Shown: piece after piece, positions 37,019-44,172 of the stretch
How the letters are laid out: the number at the start of each line of letters is the position of its first letter
Position numbering within the stretch: position 1 is the first letter of the stretch
Origin: Candidatus Omnitrophota bacterium
GTDB lineage: Bacteria > Omnitrophota > Gorgyraeia > Zapsychrales > Fredricksoniimonadaceae
Direction: 5' to 3'
Assembly: GCA_002753465.1 (NCBI GenBank)
Contig: PEAF01000001.1
Location: forward strand, 5,455-69,454
Length of the DNA: 64,000 nucleotides
Notes under the pieces: generated by a model
The model's input: the letters and a program-made list of their open reading frames with translations, nothing else
Told to the model about the DNA's origin: nothing
The model's database searches: none
Translations under genes and position numbers: made by a program

Positions 37019-37125
37019 TGGCGCCTCCTTTTCTCTTCGACATTCTCCAGAATGTACGAAAAAGTCAGTTGAAAGTCCCCTTATCCTATCGACAGATAAA
37101 TAAGAGTTGATAAGTTAATGAGTTC
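37019..37125 (+). repeat. Imperfect direct repeat, copy B (pairs with 29296-29407)
   Basis: Begins 22 nt after the response-regulator stop. It contains ATTCTCCAGAA, GTCAGTTGAAAGTCCCCTT, CTAT..ACAGAT and AGTTAATGAGTT in the same order and spacing as copy A. Confidence 0.7.
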
Positions 37126-37185
37126 TACTTTATCGCATGATGTATTTTAAGTTGATCTAAGTCAGAAGAGGCGGGGTAAGGGCGG

Positions 37186-37557
37186 ATGAAAAGTATACAT
37201 ATTCTTATTGTTGAAGATGATGATGACTGTCGATTATTCACTGAAATGATTTTAAAAGAACTGGGCTGTACCTTTGAGATTGCGCTAAACGGGCATGAAT
37301 CTGTGGACAAAGTTGGGAAGGGAAAGTTTGATGCGGTCCTGATGGATGTGCTGATGCCGGTCATGAAGGGCTATGATGCGATAGCTGCGATTAGACAGAT
37401 ACATATAAATTTACCGATCATCGTGGTGACAGCCTACCGTATCGACTTGGTCGAGCAGAAATGTTTTGAACTTGGTGTGAATGACTATTTGATAAAGCCT
37501 TTTCAGAAAGAGGAGTTGGCTGAGAAACTAAAAAAATGGACGGTTCTTAGGCAATAG
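37186..37557 (+). CDS. Single-domain response regulator (REC only)
   Basis: 123 aa. ILIVEDDDDCR...AVLMDVLMPVMKGYDA...VVTAY...DYLIKP. Confidence 0.85.
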   Translation: MKSIHILIVEDDDDCRLFTEMILKELGCTFEIALNGHESVDKVGKGKFDAVLMDVLMPVMKGYDAIAAIRQIHINLPIIVVTAYRIDLVEQKCFELGVNDYLIKPFQKEELAEKLKKWTVLRQ

Positions 37558-37588
37558 CTGAATACGACAGATTTCAAGGAGAAAGTAG

Positions 37589-37798
37589 ATGGCATTATCC
37601 GTAATAAATGACCTGATCAAGGATCCTGAGATCAGGAAAGAGATCGAACACTACAAGTGGATCGAAAGTGAAAAGATGGGCGCTGATATCGGTTTCGAAC
37701 GGGCGGCTGAAGAATGGTTCGTTCAATATTCCAAGGCATGGCTCAAGGTCCTCGCTGCGGCAGCCAAAAAGCCGGCACGCAAGGCGAAGAATGTTTGA
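37589..37798 (+). CDS. Small protein, first of three tandem paralogs, with a Lys/Ala-rich tail
   Basis: 69 aa with GGAG upstream. Core DPEIRKEIEHYKWIESEKMGADIGFERAAEEWFVQYSKAW. The tail is AAAAKKPARKAKNV. Confidence 0.6.
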   Translation: MALSVINDLIKDPEIRKEIEHYKWIESEKMGADIGFERAAEEWFVQYSKAWLKVLAAAAKKPARKAKNV

Positions 37799-37833
37799 CG
37801 TTAACCGCGTTCATCTTTTTATAAAGGAGTTAA

Positions 37834-37992
37834 ATGTTGTCCTTAATAAAGGCAGGATTGATCAATGATCCCGAAATATGCGTAGAGATCGAGTGTTACA
37901 GACAGACCGAAAGTAAGAAGCTGGGGGTGGATATTGGTTTTGAAAAGGCGGCTGAAGAATGGGTCCGCTCAATATTCAAAGAAAGAGCTTAA
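37834..37992 (+). CDS. Small protein, second tandem paralog (1-nt indel and 45-nt deletion relative to copy 1; possibly decaying)
   Basis: AAGGAG lies 5 nt upstream. Encodes MLSLIKAGLINDPEICVEIECYRQTESKKLGVDIGFEKAAEEWVRSIFKERA*. It is not in the ORF track because it is under 60 aa. Confidence 0.45.
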   Translation: MLSLIKAGLINDPEICVEIECYRQTESKKLGVDIGFEKAAEEWVRSIFKERA

Positions 37993-38037
37993 AGTTTGAC
38001 GTTCATCGTTTTGTTCCTTGAATAGATGGGGGTGCGG

Positions 38038-38205
38038 ATGAAGCGCTTATGGTCGGCAATGATCAAGGTTTATAAGGAAAGAGCGGCTGATTATTTTCCG
38101 GTGAAGAATGAAAAAGCTGCTGTGTGCTCTCCAGACAGGAATGCAAAGAAGCTTAAGACTATGCTTGATGCGGTGGCTTCGAATAAGGATCAAACCGAGT
38201 CCTAA
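38038..38205 (+). CDS. Small ORF, possible third, strongly diverged paralog
   Basis: 55 aa, MKRLWSAMIKVYKERAADYFPVKNEKAAV.... KERAADYF resembles FERAAEEWF of copy 1, and 8 nt (GCGGCTGA) are identical. Confidence 0.3.
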   Translation: MKRLWSAMIKVYKERAADYFPVKNEKAAVCSPDRNAKKLKTMLDAVASNKDQTES

Positions 38206-38259
38206 GAATCTTGGCGTTTTTATTCGCCCGTCAATTCATTATCGTGTATATTAAAGTCC

Positions 38260-38619
38260 ATGAACATCGCCATCATCGGTGCCACAGACAAGCCGGATCG
38301 ATATGCCTACATGGCCTTAAGGGCTTTATTAGACCATGGGCATATGGTTTTTCCGGTCCATCCCAAGATCCGTAACATTGATGGCATTCCTGTTTTTGCC
38401 ACGATCAAGGACATCCCAGGGCCCATAGATACGGTAACCTTGTATGTTGGCCCTCAAACTTCCTCTTTGTTAAAAAAGGACATTCTGGAGAAGTCGCCCC
38501 AAAGGATCATCTTTAACCCGGGTGCAGAGAATCCCGAGCTTAAGGCTCTGGCAGATCAAAAGGGAATAGAAACGATCAACGGATGTACATTGGTGATGCT
38601 AAGTACGGGGCAGTTTTAA
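38260..38619 (+). CDS. CoA-binding domain protein (YccU-like)
   Basis: 119 aa. IAIIGATDKPDRYAYMALRALLDHGHMVFPVHPK...TVTLYVGP. Confidence 0.8.
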   Translation: MNIAIIGATDKPDRYAYMALRALLDHGHMVFPVHPKIRNIDGIPVFATIKDIPGPIDTVTLYVGPQTSSLLKKDILEKSPQRIIFNPGAENPELKALADQKGIETINGCTLVMLSTGQF

Positions 38620-38760
38620 TGAGAAATGAATTGATCATGACTCAAAAGCGGGTGAAATGTATTTAGGCTGCCACAAAAGTATTTTCCTATGTGCGAAGTT
38701 AACATAACGTATATTATAGGAAGTTCGCAGAGTGCCCCAAAAGGCCCTGTGGGATCAACT

Positions 38761-39819
38761 TTACGGCTTGGCTGTCAGTAGTTTTTCAACGATCTTGGCA
38801 CTGCCTGATGGCATTGGATACAGTTGCAGTTCTTTAAGCCCTGCCCAACGTTGATGAGTTTGGATCTTGTATGACTTGCCCATCATTTTGACATCGAAGC
38901 CTATCAAATGTACTTTGTTGGTCGTGTAATAATGGCGTACACGGCAGAATTCATCCCCTACAAGGCATTCTGATCCAAGTTCTTCTAAAATCTCCCTTTT
39001 TAGGGCCGATTTAAGGTTTTTGTCGTTAGGTTCGACCTTTCCACCTGGAAATTCCCACATTCCAGCCAAAAGACCTTTTTCCGGCCTTTGCTGGATGAGG
39101 TATTTGCTGCCTTTTTTGATCAGAGCAATAACAGCTGTTATTTCATTTAATGATACCTTTTTGGGCTCCGGGATCAGCTCCTGGCAGCCTTTTTCAAAGG
39201 CTTTACAGTGAATTTTGACCGGACATTGGTTGCATTTAGGTTCTTTGGATGTGCAGACCATGGCACCGAGTTCCATTAATGCCTGGTTAAAATCACCGCA
39301 ATGATGTGTTGGCATGACCTTATTAAGGAATTCAAGTATCTTGTCATCCAGTGAACTGACCGCCGGTCCATGGACGTTGGTGATGCGCATGATCACGCGC
39401 CTGACATTGGCATCGACCAAAGGTATCTTCACGTCGAATGCAATACTGGCCACCGACGCTGACATATAAGGCCCGAAACCGGGCAGTTTTCTTAATTCAG
39501 CAGGATCTGAAGGTAAATTCCCGTCGAATTCTCCTACGACGATCTGCGCGGCTTTATGGAAATTACGGGCGCGATTGTAATAGCCTAGTCCTTGCCATGC
39601 TTTAAGGACTTTTTCGACGGGAGATCTTGCCAGCGTGTGAACGTCGGGAAAAGCCTTTAACCATGCCGGATAATAACCCAGGACGGTCTTGACGGTCGTT
39701 TGCTGCAACATCGCCTCAGAGACCCATATTTTATAAGGGTCTTTGGTGGCGCGCCAAGGCATTTCACGGGCATTGGCGTGATACCATTTCAGCAATTGTT
39801 GATCAAAACTTTGGTTCAT
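38761..39819 (-). CDS. mutY: A/G-specific adenine DNA glycosylase with C-terminal NUDIX-like domain
   Basis: LLKWYHANAREMPWR..DPYKIWVSEAMLQQTTV. The Fe-S loop is C..KEPKCNQCPVKIHC. The C-terminus carries GMWEFPGGKVE. Confidence 0.9.
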   Translation of the reverse strand: MNQSFDQQLLKWYHANAREMPWRATKDPYKIWVSEAMLQQTTVKTVLGYYPAWLKAFPDVHTLARSPVEKVLKAWQGLGYYNRARNFHKAAQIVVGEFDGNLPSDPAELRKLPGFGPYMSASVASIAFDVKIPLVDANVRRVIMRITNVHGPAVSSLDDKILEFLNKVMPTHHCGDFNQALMELGAMVCTSKEPKCNQCPVKIHCKAFEKGCQELIPEPKKVSLNEITAVIALIKKGSKYLIQQRPEKGLLAGMWEFPGGKVEPNDKNLKSALKREILEELGSECLVGDEFCRVRHYYTTNKVHLIGFDVKMMGKSYKIQTHQRWAGLKELQLYPMPSGSAKIVEKLLTAKP

Positions 39820-40657
39820 GGACGAGCTGGATGAAATTTTTGGATGAAGATACTTCAGCGCGGCTGCCGTAACTGAACGGCAGCTTCACATGTGATCCGT
39901 CGACAAAAATACATCCGCGGGCCATAGATGAGACGATCTGTGCCTTTTTCATTTTCGGGATAAAGCCGCCTGTTAATTGATAACTAACGCTTTGTACCTG
40001 GTATAGCTCACGTGGCTTGTACTGGATATCCGTTGATGAGGGTTTCATGCGAACGCCTCCGGCCGATAGCATGGCGCCCGTCGAACCTGCCGCTGTTGAG
40101 AACCAGATGCCGGAGTTACGGTGAAATTCAGTGACTGTACCGATCTTTAACTGGTAGCGCGTCATAGCAGCAGGATTGGCATGGCATATGAGGATATCGT
40201 TGAGGCACTCAACGCTATATTTCTCTTTATTACTGAACAGGTCCAGCTTTAATTTGGTAAGTCGGAAGACGGATGGTTCTTTGAGGGTTTTTAGCAATAC
40301 CTGTTCAAATGTCCCCTGGTGGCAAGAGCAAAACTGGCCAATGCTCCATTTCGGGTCAGAGTTTACGCCTAACAGGATCTGTTTACTGGTAAGCCCTCGG
40401 GCGGCTTCCAGGAGCGTTCCGTCTCCCCCGACAGTAATGACAAGACTATAGGGTTTGTAGTTCAGGCCACGGCTGCGGGTGTGTTTATGGTATTTGATCT
40501 TATGCGTGTTCAGTATCGATTCAACATGACGCAGTGTCAGATAATGGGCTTTATGATTAGCCTGAAAGCGTTCATTATAGCGCAGTTGTTCGGAAAGTTT
40601 TCCGGCAACAGACAGTGAACTGCGTTTGTAGATCACAAGGATCTTGGGGTGTTTCAT
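39803..40657 (-). CDS. nadK: NAD(+) kinase
   Basis: 284 aa with VITVGGDGTLL (the GGDG motif). Overlaps mutY by 17 nt and the upstream HAD gene by 4 nt. Confidence 0.85.
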   Translation of the reverse strand: MKHPKILVIYKRSSLSVAGKLSEQLRYNERFQANHKAHYLTLRHVESILNTHKIKYHKHTRSRGLNYKPYSLVITVGGDGTLLEAARGLTSKQILLGVNSDPKWSIGQFCSCHQGTFEQVLLKTLKEPSVFRLTKLKLDLFSNKEKYSVECLNDILICHANPAAMTRYQLKIGTVTEFHRNSGIWFSTAAGSTGAMLSAGGVRMKPSSTDIQYKPRELYQVQSVSYQLTGGFIPKMKKAQIVSSMARGCIFVDGSHVKLPFSYGSRAEVSSSKNFIQLVHEPKF

Positions 40658-41316
40658 AAGGCGTAGTGTTGTTTCAGGTACTTTTCAAGTTCCTTAAAAT
40701 TGTGAACGATATGGTCGGCATCTTTTAAATATCTTTGGGGCAGTGATGTTTCTATGGCAATGCATTTAATTTTTGCTTTAACCGCCGATGTGATGCCAAA
40801 AGGTGCATTTTCGATGACAATAGCCTCTTCCCTATTAAGCTTTAAGGCTTTGATGGCTTTTCTGTAAGGCTCCGGATGAGGTTTTCCGTAACGCACATCA
40901 CTGCCGCTGATGATGATATTAAAACATGCGAGAAGACTTTTAGGGAGTATTTTTTCAATTTCATGGCGCGCTGTGCCTGTGACCAAAGCGAGCATGACGC
41001 CCTTACGGTGATATTTCTTAATGAATGGTTTTGCTCCGGTCACAAATGGGGTTTTATCGAGCGTTTTGAACAGCGATTCTTTCTGATGCAAAAGAGCTTT
41101 TGCCTGTGAGGCCGTTACTGTTTTATTGTGTTTTTTGAATATTTCAATAACGCTGCGTATGCCTTTTTGACCTTCTCGGGAATAGACTTCAAATTTACTA
41201 ACGTTGATCCCTGCCTCGGCAAAAACTTTGCGCCAGGCACGGAAATGATAAGGCATGGTCATGGTGATCACGCCATCCATATCAAAAATGATCGCATTCA
41301 GGGCAAGTTTAGGCAT
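40654..41316 (-). CDS. HAD-superfamily hydrolase (beta-phosphoglucomutase-like subfamily IA)
   Basis: IIFDMDGVI (DxDG motif I), ..LVTGTAR.. and ..YGKPHPEPY...IENAPFGI. Confidence 0.85.
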   Translation of the reverse strand: MPKLALNAIIFDMDGVITMTMPYHFRAWRKVFAEAGINVSKFEVYSREGQKGIRSVIEIFKKHNKTVTASQAKALLHQKESLFKTLDKTPFVTGAKPFIKKYHRKGVMLALVTGTARHEIEKILPKSLLACFNIIISGSDVRYGKPHPEPYRKAIKALKLNREEAIVIENAPFGITSAVKAKIKCIAIETSLPQRYLKDADHIVHNFKELEKYLKQHYAL

Positions 41317-41340
41317 TGATTGACCGTAGGGGAAGATCAG

Positions 41341-41781
41341 TTAATGTTTTAATCTGATACTGGGGAGTTTTTTGTTGCGCATCTTTTGCTGCTTTTTTAA
41401 TTCTTTAATGCGTTTCTTTCTTTTCTTTTCCATGTCTGCAAGTCGCTGTTTTTCAAGCTCCTGAGCCTTGATCCTGGCTTTTTCTTTGGCTGCCTTAGCT
41501 TTGAGCTTCTTTATTTGCTCTTTCTTCTTTAGTTTCTCGGCACGCATACGTTCAATTTTGGCCTTCAACCTTTTTGCCTTTAATTCTTCCGGAGTAAGTT
41601 CTTCATCAGATTTTGTTGAATCTGACTTTACTTCACTGGGTGTTGTCCCATCAGGTATTATTTCTGGGGATATTTTATCAATGGCTGCACTGGTGAGAAT
41701 AGCATCTGTTACCTGTGCATTCACAGGAAAACAAAAGAACGAAACAAATATAACAATAAATGAAAAATAATAGGCGTTCAT
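41341..41781 (-). CDS. Secreted Lys/Glu-rich coiled-coil protein, unknown function
   Basis: Signal peptide MNAYYFSFIVIFVSFFCFPVNAQ, then a low-complexity KAKRLKAKIERMRAEKLKKKEQIKKLKAKAAKEKARIK... region. Confidence 0.55.
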   Translation of the reverse strand: MNAYYFSFIVIFVSFFCFPVNAQVTDAILTSAAIDKISPEIIPDGTTPSEVKSDSTKSDEELTPEELKAKRLKAKIERMRAEKLKKKEQIKKLKAKAAKEKARIKAQELEKQRLADMEKKRKKRIKELKKQQKMRNKKLPSIRLKH

Positions 41782-41836
41782 TTTTAATGATCTCCTTAAA
41801 GAAAGTATAACATATCTTTAAGATGGATTATGGGGC

Positions 41837-42631
41837 TTAGAGTTGAGTTAAAGGGGGTTCACCCTTAACATAAATGATAATGTCTTTGGCGGCAACCTGG
41901 TTGTTGGGGGGTGTATTCCAGAGGCCAATAACGCTGATACTCGCCTGCCCGACAGCCGTGTTTTCAGGAGTAGCAATATTGTAAACATTTTCCTCAGAAG
42001 GAGATAGGTCTTCAAAGGTATGGTCAAAGGCAAGAACGATAAGTTTATTCGGGAGTTGCCCTGCTTTGAGTTTGATCTTGAGGGGAAAAACCGTCCCCTT
42101 CTCGATTACAGAACCATTTTCAGGGGATATGATCTCTATCCATTGGTTGTCAGAGTGTTCGGTTTGTGCGGTTGGATTGAACGGGCTGATGGAGAAATGA
42201 ACAGATACAGGTGTATTTATGCCCAGGCTGGGGGCGGTGACCAAAAGTTCAAGGGTCGATGCATTTGGCACAGGTGCTTCAAAGAAAAGCGTTGTTATGC
42301 AGGACTCTCCGGGATAAACGCTCGGGAAATTCTTGGGTAATTGTTCGAGTTGTTTGGTATAATCTGCCGGCTTTGGCAAAGGACGGTAACGGTTATTGAA
42401 GTTATCTGCCAGCGCGTATTGAAAACCGCTATCGAGGTCTATTTTTCTGGAACCAGTCTGGTTGTTGAATTTGAATTCGATGACGAGGTATTTTGTAGCC
42501 CCGATCGTGTTGATAGCGGTGCTGGCTACTTCGAAGTTAAGGCCATCTTTGGTTGTTGTAGCCGATGGTGCCGCGAAGACGGGACATGAGAAGCAAATTA
42601 GAATGAGGAGTAAGATAATTTTCTGTAGCAT
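41837..42631 (-). CDS. Secreted beta-rich protein, unknown function
   Basis: Signal peptide MLQKIILLLILICFSCPVFAAP. 264 aa with no recognisable motif. Confidence 0.55.
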   Translation of the reverse strand: MLQKIILLLILICFSCPVFAAPSATTTKDGLNFEVASTAINTIGATKYLVIEFKFNNQTGSRKIDLDSGFQYALADNFNNRYRPLPKPADYTKQLEQLPKNFPSVYPGESCITTLFFEAPVPNASTLELLVTAPSLGINTPVSVHFSISPFNPTAQTEHSDNQWIEIISPENGSVIEKGTVFPLKIKLKAGQLPNKLIVLAFDHTFEDLSPSEENVYNIATPENTAVGQASISVIGLWNTPPNNQVAAKDIIIYVKGEPPLTQL

Positions 42632-42705
42632 TTATTCTCGGGAGCTTTTATTATTTTTTTAGTATAACATAGCGGACTTTTCAATCAACCTCATTTTCTT
42701 TTAAA

Positions 42706-43293
42706 ATGACAATGGATCCTGTAAATAAAAAAATACTTTTGCATGTTTGCTGCGCCCCCTGTTCAGGCGGCATCATAGAAACTCTTTTGAATGAGGGCTG
42801 CCACCCGACTTTATTCTTTTATAACCCGAACATTCATCCGGTCCAGGAATATTTGCGTCGCAAGGAAGAGATCATCTTGTTTGCCGGTAAAGCCGGTTTT
42901 GATTGCGTGGACGTAGATCATGATCCTGATCAGTGGTTTTTGAGGGTGTCGGGATTGGAGTCAGAGCCAGAGCGCGGACGCCGTTGTCAGGCCTGTTTTG
43001 ATATGCGCCTTGAGCGGGCGGCACTTTACGCGTATGAGCATGCTTTTGACGTCCTGGCCACTACCAATGGCATATCACGCTGGAAAGATATGGATCAGGT
43101 CAATTCCGCAGGGATAAAAGCCGTACGCCTCTACCCTTCAGTTCGATTTTGGGACAGAAATTGGCGGAAGGTTGACGGTATAAAGCGTATGCTGGACGTT
43201 TTAAGGCGTGAGAACTTCTATCAGCAGGATTATTGCGGGTGTTTATTTTCTTTTGAAGCGGCAAAAAGGCGTAAAAACACTAAAACCCTGTAA
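42706..43293 (+). CDS. queH: Epoxyqueuosine reductase QueH (DUF208)
   Basis: LLHVCCAPCSGG...FFYNPNIHP..EY..R... and a C-terminal ..QDYCGC are the QueH/DUF208 Cys pattern. Confidence 0.85.
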   Translation: MTMDPVNKKILLHVCCAPCSGGIIETLLNEGCHPTLFFYNPNIHPVQEYLRRKEEIILFAGKAGFDCVDVDHDPDQWFLRVSGLESEPERGRRCQACFDMRLERAALYAYEHAFDVLATTNGISRWKDMDQVNSAGIKAVRLYPSVRFWDRNWRKVDGIKRMLDVLRRENFYQQDYCGCLFSFEAAKRRKNTKTL

Positions 43294-43318
43294 TGCATAA
43301 TGCTTTACAGGGTTTTTT
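43282..43318. terminator. Bidirectional terminator after queH
   Basis: AAAACCCTGTAA-tgcataatgct-TTACAGGGTTTT. The A/T tracts on either side allow termination from both directions. Confidence 0.75.
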
Positions 43319-43340
43319 AGTGAATCAAGATCGTGCTTGT

Positions 43341-43430
43341 TTAGATAAGGATATCAATATTATCCCAACCGAAAATCTCGCGTTGAGCTTGATTGACCTT
43401 GATCGGCTTGTCTTCTTTCCATTCACTCAT
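43341..43430 (-). CDS. Speculative 29-aa ORF with a strong ribosome-binding site
   Basis: GGGAGG-tacccc-ATG, encoding MSEWKEDKPIKVNQAQREIFGWDNIDILI*. The 63-aa ORF in the track extends upstream without a better start. Confidence 0.3.
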   Translation of the reverse strand: MSEWKEDKPIKVNQAQREIFGWDNIDILI

Positions 43431-43581
43431 GGGGTACCTCCCTTTTAAGGGTCTATCGAGAAAGCAACTTAATGATAATTTTGCTTTTTTAAGATTAAAG
43501 TAAATATACACCATTTTAGGATTTATTGCCAATATATTTTTTTAGCCTTGTTCGAAACATGATTTTGGGTAGAATGACAAC

Positions 43582-44172
43582 ATGACAAGTAATTCGTTTA
43601 GATCGACCATCCGTTATGATGAAGAAATCGCCCGTTGGGCCTTGAGACTACTGGCGCACAAGCCGGTAAGGACGTATTTTTCATCTTCTTCCAGGGCCAA
43701 AGAGATCAAGATGTTTCTCTTGTTCCATGTTTTTATTATGCTCGTTAATCTTTCTGTGGCCGGCTATATTCTGAAAGCTGGCCTTTCATATAAGCCATAT
43801 GACGGCATCTGGATATTCTTGTCTTTGGCAGCGGCTTATCTGATCGAGATACCGTATAAGAACCTTTTGGCAGATAATGTTACGGCATTTGTACAGTCAG
43901 AATTTTCGGAAGAAGATCTGAAGAAGATAACTATTGTTCAAATGAGTGTTCGTTTGGAAAAGAAATATCAGGCGCCAGAACTGATAGATACAGTTTCGGG
44001 GTGGATGTCTATATTCCGGTATGGTTTGGTATTTCTATATGCATTTCTGCTGTTGATCTTTATCCCTTTTACGCAGGCATCACTGATCATATTGTCTGTA
44101 GCCTGGGCTGCCCGGGCTCTCTCCAGGTCTTCTATCCTTGCAGACCGCATAGTACCTGTTAAAGTCGTTTAG
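43582..44172 (+). CDS. Membrane protein, unknown function (about 4 TM)
   Basis: 196 aa. Its stop overlaps by 4 nt the stop of the convergent radical SAM gene. Confidence 0.5.
   Translation: MTSNSFRSTIRYDEEIARWALRLLAHKPVRTYFSSSSRAKEIKMFLLFHVFIMLVNLSVAGYILKAGLSYKPYDGIWIFLSLAAAYLIEIPYKNLLADNVTAFVQSEFSEEDLKKITIVQMSVRLEKKYQAPELIDTVSGWMSIFRYGLVFLYAFLLLIFIPFTQASLIILSVAWAARALSRSSILADRIVPVKVV

Noticed and set aside
36837-37103. The 88-aa plus-strand ORF overlapping the end of the response-regulator gene and repeat copy B.
   Set aside because: It is mostly an alternative frame of the AraC-type regulator gene. It only appears long because no stop occurs until inside the repeat.
37668-37868. The 66-aa ORF bridging small paralog 1 and small paralog 2.
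   Set aside because: It is an off-frame reading across the two tandem genes. The in-frame small genes have RBSs and are mutually homologous, and this ORF has neither property.
41341-41781. The repetitive Lys/Glu/Ala-rich coding region, considered as a DNA tandem repeat or a histone-like protein.
   Set aside because: The repetition is compositional (coiled-coil-like low complexity) with no exact DNA repeat unit. The signal peptide argues against a nucleoid protein.
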